This document shows, in pieces, positions 57,188 through 64,000 of a DNA stretch of 64,000 nucleotides. The position numbers were made by a program, and so were the translations under genes. Each line of letters begins with the position of its first letter. Position 1 is the stretch's first letter. Source of the stretch: an uncultured Flavobacterium sp. GTDB lineage: Bacteria; Bacteroidota; Bacteroidia; Flavobacteriales; Flavobacteriaceae. The stretch lies in assembly GCF_946220915.1 (NCBI RefSeq), contig NZ_CAMIHH010000001.1, positions 3,922-67,921 of the forward strand, read 5' to 3'. The notes under the pieces were generated by a model. That model did not search any database. It was not told where the DNA came from and was given only the letters and a program-made list of their open reading frames with translations.

Positions 57188-59050
57188 ATGGCACATTATC
57201 TAATAATATCATCAATAAGCATGGCGGTATTGCTTGTACTGTACCACCTGCTCTTCGAAAAGGAAAAAATGCACCGATTCAACAGGTTTTACCTGCTGGG
57301 AGCCGTGATCTTTTCTCTGATGCTGCCTTTTATAAGCATCGAACTTCCGGAATATGTTGAAATACCTGCCCCTGGGCCGGTAGCTCAAAGTGTAATAGGT
57401 ACCGCTATCCATAAGACAGGGCAAATTACGCCTCCTGACCCCACGCCAGCCAAAGTTCCTGCGGCCAGCTACCTGCCTCTACTGGCCTTTGGGCTGTATG
57501 GGCTTACTACAGGAACGCTTGCAATGCGGTTTGGGTGGAACGTAGTGCGCTTTTTCCGTCTCAGGTCAAAAAGCACTACCGTGCCTTACAAAGGCGCTAC
57601 GCTTGTGTTGCTCGAAGAGGTGACACTGCCGTATACTTTTATGGACGCTATTTACCTGAACCGGGAAGAGTACGAAAACCGCTCCATTGAGCCCGAAATG
57701 TTTACTCACGAGCTTGCCCATGTATACCAACGCCATACATTAGACATACTGTTCATCGAAATGATCCGTACGGTAATGTGGTTTAACCCGCTCCTGTATC
57801 TTTATAAAAAAGCGATGCGGCTCAACCACGAGTTCCTGGCCGACGAGAGTACCATAAACCAGCACCTTAACATTCCAACCTATCAAAAACTGCTGTTGGG
57901 CAAATCCTGCCAAGCCACGGTATTTGCCCTTGCCAGCAGCATCAACTTCGGCACAACCAAAAAAAGATTTATAATGATGACAAAAACCACCAACAAAACC
58001 AAAGGCATGCTGCTGAAACTCTCAGTAATGCCGGTACTTGCAATTTTAACTTATGCACTTGCAACGCAAACGGTAATTTATGCTAAAACAGCCCCGGACA
58101 GCCAGCCCGTAGTGATAAGTGAAAAATCCATTGATATCATCAGTGAAGTGCTTGCCGATGAAAAACTGCCGGGACAGAATGAAAAACCGATTGGCGTATT
58201 GATAGATAGCGCTTCGGCCCGCCGCGATGAATATTACAAAGGCGTACGGGTCATAATTGATGATAACAGCCGTAACCTGCTTATCGACAAGCCGTATGAA
58301 ATGCTGGATGAAGCGCAAAAGGAACTTTATCTGGCAGAAGCGCCGCCGAAAAAGAAAAAATCGGAGATGTCTAAGGCCGATTTTGATTTCTATCTGTCCC
58401 AGGAAGATGCCCTATACTACATTGATGGTAAAAAAACGGATGCTGCTGCTGTGAAAAAGCATAGTCCCAAAGATTTTGCAACCCATAGGTTTTCGATGTC
58501 GTTTGCAGACGGTGTAAAGCTAATGCAGGTGTTTTTTTACTTGCCTGATTACTTTGAAAAGCATATACGCCATTCGCAGGACAGGTATCCTGATAAAGTA
58601 TATAAAGTTACGATACTGGCTAAAGCGCTTGATTATGCGGAATCACGCAATAGGGCGGTCAACCCCCCGAACAACGGCATGACCGACCTTGACCTGGCGA
58701 GGGAGCGCCTGAGAAAAGAACGCAGTACGGAAAGCTATTCCTATCAGGAATTCGTAAAGACAGATAACCAGGCGCAAGGGCCTAAATTTCCGGGAGGGAG
58801 TGATAAGTTCCAAAAATATTTTGAAGATAATTTTACTATGAAAGACAGAGTTGGCGAAAAGCCATTATTTATAACCATGTCGATAAACACAGATGGATCA
58901 GTATCTGAAGTAACAGTAAGGGATGCAGCCCCCGAAATAGCCAGTGAAATAAAAAGGGTGCTTGAAAATTCGCCGAAATGGATTCCCGCGCAACAAAACG
59001 GGCAGCCATTAAAAATGGGCTATACGATCAATTACCCTGAAAAGCGTTAA
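57188..59050 (+). CDS. BlaR1-like M56 peptidase / signal transducer fused to a C-terminal TonB-C domain (paralog 2)
   Basis: HELAHVYQRH motif and the same architecture, with a longer linker. The C-terminus carries FPGGSDKFQKYFEDNF. Confidence 0.8.
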   Translation: MAHYLIISSISMAVLLVLYHLLFEKEKMHRFNRFYLLGAVIFSLMLPFISIELPEYVEIPAPGPVAQSVIGTAIHKTGQITPPDPTPAKVPAASYLPLLAFGLYGLTTGTLAMRFGWNVVRFFRLRSKSTTVPYKGATLVLLEEVTLPYTFMDAIYLNREEYENRSIEPEMFTHELAHVYQRHTLDILFIEMIRTVMWFNPLLYLYKKAMRLNHEFLADESTINQHLNIPTYQKLLLGKSCQATVFALASSINFGTTKKRFIMMTKTTNKTKGMLLKLSVMPVLAILTYALATQTVIYAKTAPDSQPVVISEKSIDIISEVLADEKLPGQNEKPIGVLIDSASARRDEYYKGVRVIIDDNSRNLLIDKPYEMLDEAQKELYLAEAPPKKKKSEMSKADFDFYLSQEDALYYIDGKKTDAAAVKKHSPKDFATHRFSMSFADGVKLMQVFFYLPDYFEKHIRHSQDRYPDKVYKVTILAKALDYAESRNRAVNPPNNGMTDLDLARERLRKERSTESYSYQEFVKTDNQAQGPKFPGGSDKFQKYFEDNFTMKDRVGEKPLFITMSINTDGSVSEVTVRDAAPEIASEIKRVLENSPKWIPAQQNGQPLKMGYTINYPEKR

Positions 59051-59069
59051 CACAATTAATTTAGGTTAA

Positions 59070-59097
59070 GTTGAAGAGTCCGCCCTCCGGGGTGGAT
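59070..59097 (+). terminator. rho-independent terminator; first copy of a 26-nt repeated hairpin
   Basis: tccgccc / tccg / gggtgga followed by ttttttgc. The 26-nt sequence tccgccctccggggtggattttttgc is identical to 60638-60663. Confidence 0.6.
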
Positions 59098-59251
59098 TTT
59101 TTGCGCTTTAAAATACCCGTTAATGGGTATTTTTAAATTGTAGTAAACGCTATATTTTAGCCTATAAAGTTTATTATTAATGTCTTACTGTATGTCTATG
59201 CAGCTGATTAAGATGTAGCCAAATCCAAAGCTGAAATTTAATTTTTTAAAT

Positions 59252-60601
59252 ATGAATAGATTAATATTATTACTTATTTCAATGAGCTGTACCATTGTTT
59301 CAGCACAATGCTTTGAAAAAGTTGCATCAGGCTTTGATCATAATCTCGCTATAAAGCAGGATGGGACATTGTGGTCTTGGGGAAGTAACGATGCTTATCA
59401 ATTGGGCGATCCTTCCATTGAAGGTAGCGACTATCCCATGCAGATCCACTCTTCAGGATGGACGGATATTGCAGGTGGAGCAAATCATTCACTTGGCATA
59501 AAAGACGGGAAGCTCTACTCATGGGGTAACGACCAGTACGAGCAATTAGGCAATGGAAGCAATGTAGGGCAACACTATCCTCAACAAATAGGTGCCGACA
59601 CAAACTGGAAACAGGTAACTGCAGGTATGTGGCATAGTGCCGCAATTAAAACTGATGGCACTTTATGGACTTGGGGTTCAAATTGGTATGGATCGTTGGG
59701 ACTTGGATGGGATGTTACTTATGAAGCACCAGCTCCGCAGCAGGTAGGAACAGATACAAACTGGAAGTATGTGTCGGGTACTTATACGCACTGCGTAGCG
59801 GTCAAAACTGATGGCACACTATGGGCTTGGGGAAATGCACAGGGTGTAGGGGGTAATTCCGGCTTAGGTAGCAGCCCTGTACAGGCAGACGGAAACAATT
59901 GGAAAATAGCCGAAGCAGGGCAAAATTTCATAGTAGCTATTAAAAATGATGGTACACTTTGGGTGTGGGGCGGTCTTTTTGGTACCAATACATTTTCTCA
60001 AGTTGGCTTTGCTACAGATTGGGCTACAATATCTGTCAATAAAGGTTCAACTAATCAAGGATACAACAGGTATTTTTTATTAACCACAACAAACGGTAAA
60101 TTATATTCTTGGGGATCAGATAACTATGAACAACTTGGCAATGGTCCTGGTATACAGGACAATTCGGTTCCAACGCAAATAGGTACAGACATGACCTGGA
60201 CTAGCACTACGGCCACAACATGGGGGTCATTCGCAATAAAGGCTGACGGAACATTTTGGGTGTGGGGCAGGACCTGTATGGATTTAAATGATAATTGTGC
60301 TAGTAATACTCCAGTAGCTTTACCTGTACAATACAGCTGTTCTGTTCTTTCAGTAAATGATGACCATCAGGGAAAACGATTTCTGATTTATCCTAATCCG
60401 GTAAAAGCTATTCTAAATTTAGACTTAAATAATGATATTGTAATTGATGAAATTACAATTACCGATATCACTGGCAAGTCTGTGATAGAGCATTTAAAAA
60501 ATTCAAGACAAATAAATGTAGAATGTCTAACACAAGGTGTGTATTTTATAAAAGTACATGCAGGTGAGAAAGAGTGGCGGCAGAAATTCATTAAGAATTA
60601 A
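59252..60601 (+). CDS. RCC1-repeat (beta-propeller) secreted protein with a T9SS type-A C-terminal sorting domain
   Basis: Signal peptide and about seven repeats of the GTLW(S/T)WG.N..GQLG type. The C-terminus is RFLIYPNPVKAILNLDL...GVYFIKVH...KFIKN. Confidence 0.8.
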   Translation: MNRLILLLISMSCTIVSAQCFEKVASGFDHNLAIKQDGTLWSWGSNDAYQLGDPSIEGSDYPMQIHSSGWTDIAGGANHSLGIKDGKLYSWGNDQYEQLGNGSNVGQHYPQQIGADTNWKQVTAGMWHSAAIKTDGTLWTWGSNWYGSLGLGWDVTYEAPAPQQVGTDTNWKYVSGTYTHCVAVKTDGTLWAWGNAQGVGGNSGLGSSPVQADGNNWKIAEAGQNFIVAIKNDGTLWVWGGLFGTNTFSQVGFATDWATISVNKGSTNQGYNRYFLLTTTNGKLYSWGSDNYEQLGNGPGIQDNSVPTQIGTDMTWTSTTATTWGSFAIKADGTFWVWGRTCMDLNDNCASNTPVALPVQYSCSVLSVNDDHQGKRFLIYPNPVKAILNLDLNNDIVIDEITITDITGKSVIEHLKNSRQINVECLTQGVYFIKVHAGEKEWRQKFIKN

Positions 60602-60634
60602 TTACTTTGCCATTCATCATGTAGCAAGTTCTAA

Positions 60635-60663
60635 AATCCGCCCTCCGGGGTGGATTTTTTGCT
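60635..60663 (+). terminator. rho-independent terminator; second identical copy of the repeated hairpin
   Basis: See 59070-59097. Confidence 0.6.
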
Positions 60664-60755
60664 ATTATGCAAAACATACTACCTGATTATAACAATTTGA
60701 TGAAAAACACGTTACATTTGTAAAATCAATCATCATCAAAAAACAAAAAACAATC

Positions 60756-61856
60756 ATGGTACAGCAATTCTTCATTACCTGTTCGGGGGCCGATAAAGAC
60801 CTCGTTTACAGTTGCTCCAACGGTGAGCAAAATAAATATGCCGGTATTGGCGCTACTGTTTTCTTTACGGCGCTCATGGCGTGGATGGCAGCAGGATATG
60901 CACTCTACACCGTTTTTGACAATGCATGGATGGCTGCATTTTTCGGGTTCATCTGGGGGTTGCTCATATTCAATCTCGACCGGTATATCGTATCAACAAT
61001 CCGCAAGCGCAACCGTTTTGGCCAGGAAATGCTCCAGGCCATGCCTCGCATAATACTGGCCATGATCATCGCTATAGTGATATCTAAGCCTTTAGAGATT
61101 AAGATATTTCAAAAGGAGATCGATACTGTACTGCTTAAAGAAAAGAACGAAATGGCGCTTGCCAACAAAAAGCAGGTGGCAAGTTATTTTCAGGGCGACC
61201 TCGACAAAAATAAGGCGGAGACCGATAGCCTGAAGTCGGCCATTACTAAGAAGGAAAAGGAAGTCAATGCCTTATACAGTACTTACATTACTGAAGCCGA
61301 AGGCACTAAAGGGACGATGAAATTGGGTAAGGGTCCGGTGTATGCAGAGAAGCGCGATAAACATGATGCAGCGCTGAAAGAGCTGGAAGCATTGCGTAAA
61401 ACCAATAACGATAAAATTGCAGCAAAAGAGAAAGAAGGCACTGCCCTCCAAGCTAACCTTGATAAAAAAGTAAATGCTTCCGAACCCATAATTGACAATT
61501 TCGACGGGCTGATGGCCCGGATTAATGCACTTAGTAAGCTGCCGTGGCTGCCATCTTTCTTTATCATGCTGCTGTTCCTGGCTATCGAGACTTCTCCAAT
61601 CATTGCCAAGCTGCTTTCGCCAAAAGGGGAATACGACTTTAAGCTGGAGGATGCCGAGATGGCCGTGAAGACCAACCTTGACCAAAACAATTACCAGCGG
61701 GAACTATTGAAAGCTACCGATGCGGGTATCTACGATGACGTGTACGCCGAAATACGCAATGACCGCGAACTTTACAACTACAAGAAAAACAAGGCCATTG
61801 AAATGCTCGAAATGCAGGCGGATAAATTTGCTGAAAAGCAGAAAGGGGTAATGTAG
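60756..61856 (+). CDS. DUF4407-like membrane protein (TM pair, long coiled coil, C-terminal TM)
   Basis: N-terminus MVQQFFITCSGADKDLVY..., two TM helices, a ~170-aa Lys/Glu-rich coiled coil and a C-terminal TM (LPWLPSFFIMLLFLAI). Confidence 0.6.
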   Translation: MVQQFFITCSGADKDLVYSCSNGEQNKYAGIGATVFFTALMAWMAAGYALYTVFDNAWMAAFFGFIWGLLIFNLDRYIVSTIRKRNRFGQEMLQAMPRIILAMIIAIVISKPLEIKIFQKEIDTVLLKEKNEMALANKKQVASYFQGDLDKNKAETDSLKSAITKKEKEVNALYSTYITEAEGTKGTMKLGKGPVYAEKRDKHDAALKELEALRKTNNDKIAAKEKEGTALQANLDKKVNASEPIIDNFDGLMARINALSKLPWLPSFFIMLLFLAIETSPIIAKLLSPKGEYDFKLEDAEMAVKTNLDQNNYQRELLKATDAGIYDDVYAEIRNDRELYNYKKNKAIEMLEMQADKFAEKQKGVM

Positions 61857-61947
61857 TGTTCATATTGAGTCGAAAGTCTGACGAATGTGATTTTGTGTCA
61901 TTTCAACGGCAGGAGAAATTCCAAGCCTGAATAAATCATTTTTTTTA

Positions 61948-62065
61948 ACACACCCCTAACCCCTCTCAAGAGGGGAACAGCTACACTCATGCCGAATTGG
62001 ACAGTGTGTAATGCCTGAGTAAGCACATCGGAGTGTTCCCCTCTTGAGAGGGGTTAGGGGTGTGT
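61948..62065. repeat. 118-bp element with perfect 32-bp terminal inverted repeats (acacacccctaacccctctcaagaggggaaca) around a 54-nt spacer; MITE-like element or large hairpin
   Basis: Left arm 61948-61979 is the exact reverse complement of right arm 62034-62065. Each arm also contains its own small hairpin (cccctc/tcaa/gagggg). The motif gtgtcattt occurs at 61895-61903 and 62062-62070. Confidence 0.6.
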
Positions 62066-62150
62066 CATTTTGGATCCACTTCTAAAATTTCCATAAAACC
62101 CTACTGCATTCACAAGGGTTTTCGTATTTTTACAGTAATCCTTTACAATA

Positions 62151-62501
62151 ATGAAAACACTCATCAATATATTCTTTACTACAGTCTTCGTGCTAATATT
62201 GTCGCACCTGTTGCCCGGCATCAGGGTCCCTAATTTCATGACGGCGTTGCTCGTGGCGCTTGTGCTGGGGCTGCTCAATATCTTTGTAAAGCCTTTGCTG
62301 GTGTTGTTTACGCTTCCGGCAACGATATTTACGCTTGGACTGTTCCTGCTGGTCATAAACGCGGTCATTATCCTGTTGTGCGCCGAGCTTGTACCCGGGT
62401 TTGCAGTTAGCGGTTTCTGGACGGCGCTGCTGTTTAGTGTAGTGCTTTCGCTATGCCAGTCACTGGTATCGGGCATGATGAGGGAGGAAAAAAGATCATG
62501 A
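62151..62501 (+). CDS. small four-TM membrane protein of the phage holin 4_2 / DUF360 family
   Basis: 116 aa, hydrophobic (LLPGIRVPNFMTALLVALVLGLLN...). Confidence 0.65.
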   Translation: MKTLINIFFTTVFVLILSHLLPGIRVPNFMTALLVALVLGLLNIFVKPLLVLFTLPATIFTLGLFLLVINAVIILLCAELVPGFAVSGFWTALLFSVVLSLCQSLVSGMMREEKRS

Positions 62502-62687
62502 ATTGCAGCATTTATTGCACATCCTGCATGGGCGATTTTGGGTAAAAAAAGTATCCCTGTCGCTCTCTGGGCGAACATTCCGTTTATATTTTCAGGCTCC
62601 TGGAATCAATATTTTAAAAACTTGTGCAGGTTGTAAAAAAACAATAATTTTGCAACCCAATATTTGAAGGTATAAACACATAGTAGA

Positions 62688-64000
62688 ATGAATATTACAA
62701 GAGAGAATAAAGATGCACTAAATGCGGTAGTTACCGTATCGGTTTCAAAAGACGACTACAGGCAAAAAGTAGATAAAGTACTGCAGGATTACAGGAAAAA
62801 TGCTTCCATACCCGGATTCAGGAAGGGTGCTGTGCCCATGAGCCTTATCCAGAAACAATATGGCAAGGCCGTACTGCTTGAAGAAGTGAACAAACTGCTT
62901 CAATCATCCCTCAACGACTACCTTGCTGCTGAAAAGCTCGACATACTTGGTAACCCGCTTCCGAAAGTAACGGAAGATTTCAACTGGGATGCCGATGATT
63001 TCTCTTTTGAATTCGAGCTTGGCCTTGCCCCTGAATTTTCTGTCGACCTGGGCGCTGCAACCAAAGTGGTTAAGTACAACATCATTGCCGACGATCAAAT
63101 GCTTGATGAGCAGGTAGAACGCATCCAGAAGCAGTACGGCAAGCTTGTGTCTAAAGATACGGTTGAAGAAGGCGACGACATCGTGGGTACTTTTACCAAC
63201 GAAGAAAAAGGCATCGAAAACAGGACAACCATCACAACGGAGATATTTAAAGATAAGAAGGCAGCGAAGAAATTCACCGGCAAAAAAGTGGGCGATGTGG
63301 TGACCATTGGTACCAAAGGCCTTTTTGATGACGACCACAAGCTGATGGATTACCTTGCAGTAGGCCACGACGACGTGCACGGCCTTGATGTTGAGGTAAG
63401 CTTCACTATCGAAGAAATCAACACCCACGAGAAAACTGAACTGAACCAGGAACTTTTCGATAAGCTTTTTGGTGAAGGTGTTGTATCATCTGTAGAAGAA
63501 CTTAAAGGTAAGATCAAGGAAGATGCCGAGCAGCAGTTTGCACAGCAGGCCGACCAGAAATTCCTTAACGATGTTACCGGGTCGCTTATCGAAAATACTA
63601 AATTCGAACTTCCGGATGAATTCCTTGTTAAATGGCTCCAGACGGCAGGTGAACAGTCACTTACGCCTGAGCAGGCCGAAGAAGAGTTCAAAAAGTCGGA
63701 GAACGGCCTTCGTTACCAGCTGATCGAAGGTAAGGTAATGACGGAAAACAACCTCCAGCTTTCATTTGAGGACCTTAAAGCCTACACATCGGATGTGATT
63801 AAAAAACAGATGGCACAGTTTGGCCAGCTGAACCCCACTGATGCCGATGTAGATGGCATAGTGGCAAGGGTGCTTTCGAACAAGGATGAAGTGAAGCGTC
63901 TTTCTGAACAGGTAATGAGCGAAAAAATGCTTAACCTGTTTAAGGAAAAAGTAAAATATGATACAAAAGAAGTTACCTATCAGGACTTTGTTAAAGAAAT
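62688..64000 (+). CDS. tig: trigger factor, N-terminal ~437 aa; 3' end lies outside the window
   Basis: N-terminus MNITRENKDALNAVVTVSVSKDDYRQKVDKVLQDYRKNASIPGFRKGAVP matches the trigger-factor ribosome-binding and PPIase architecture. The frame is open to the window end. Confidence 0.85.
   Translation, partial: MNITRENKDALNAVVTVSVSKDDYRQKVDKVLQDYRKNASIPGFRKGAVPMSLIQKQYGKAVLLEEVNKLLQSSLNDYLAAEKLDILGNPLPKVTEDFNWDADDFSFEFELGLAPEFSVDLGAATKVVKYNIIADDQMLDEQVERIQKQYGKLVSKDTVEEGDDIVGTFTNEEKGIENRTTITTEIFKDKKAAKKFTGKKVGDVVTIGTKGLFDDDHKLMDYLAVGHDDVHGLDVEVSFTIEEINTHEKTELNQELFDKLFGEGVVSSVEELKGKIKEDAEQQFAQQADQKFLNDVTGSLIENTKFELPDEFLVKWLQTAGEQSLTPEQAEEEFKKSENGLRYQLIEGKVMTENNLQLSFEDLKAYTSDVIKKQMAQFGQLNPTDADVDGIVARVLSNKDEVKRLSEQVMSEKMLNLFKEKVKYDTKEVTYQDFVKE

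Noticed and set aside
62151-62501. Holin-family gene as a marker of a prophage
   Set aside because: No integrase, terminase, capsid or tail genes are nearby. DUF360/holin_4_2 proteins are common stand-alone membrane proteins. The flanking genes, tig and a DUF4407 protein, are chromosomal.
1-64000. CRISPR arrays, IS elements or transposases
   Set aside because: No regularly spaced short direct repeats and no transposase or integrase-like ORF were seen. The only repeats are the intragenic adhesin repeats, the duplicated 26-nt terminator and the 32-bp inverted-repeat element.

Overview
This 64-kb window reads as a chromosomal segment from a Bacteroidota genome, probably Flavobacteriia, at roughly mid-40s % GC, with about 55 protein genes and one tRNA. 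The lineage call rests on three things seen in the sequence: the core gene order (uppS-bamA-skp-skp-murI, DUF6089-nadK-CBS-pdxJ, a mevalonate-pathway cluster, an NrtR-prs-nadV regulon), three T9SS C-terminal sorting domains, and the absence of Shine-Dalgarno sequences. Most of the window is housekeeping: tig, bamA, murI, pdxJ, nadK, rluB, dcp, nifU-like and mevalonate genes.

The accessory content is:
- a 9.8-kb gene for a 3256-aa T9SS type-B adhesin (DUF11 repeats with CxxC linkers, a choice-of-anchor-L-like domain and at least 14 ~85-aa repeats), followed by a PorP/SprF partner gene;
- a LytS-type histidine kinase / LytTR regulator pair whose divergent promoter region carries four TAC[CT]AAAxx 10-mers arranged as two direct-repeat pairs with exact 12-bp spacers, a LytTR-type site, facing an orphan Cys/His-rich ORF and a putative outer-membrane protein;
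- a blaI gene followed by two tandem BlaR1(M56)-TonB-C fusion paralogs;
- an RCC1-repeat T9SS cargo gene bracketed by two identical 26-nt terminator hairpins;
- a DUF4407 membrane protein followed by a perfect 32-bp inverted repeat (MITE-like) and a small holin-family membrane protein;
- a frameshifted gene next to tRNA-Leu(UAG);
- a 600-bp gene-free gap holding only short, frame-split ORF fragments.

No CRISPR array, integrase or transposase was seen. The most credible candidate for a new regulatory module is the LytTR site array with its downstream orphan genes. Everything functional here is inferred from sequence alone.
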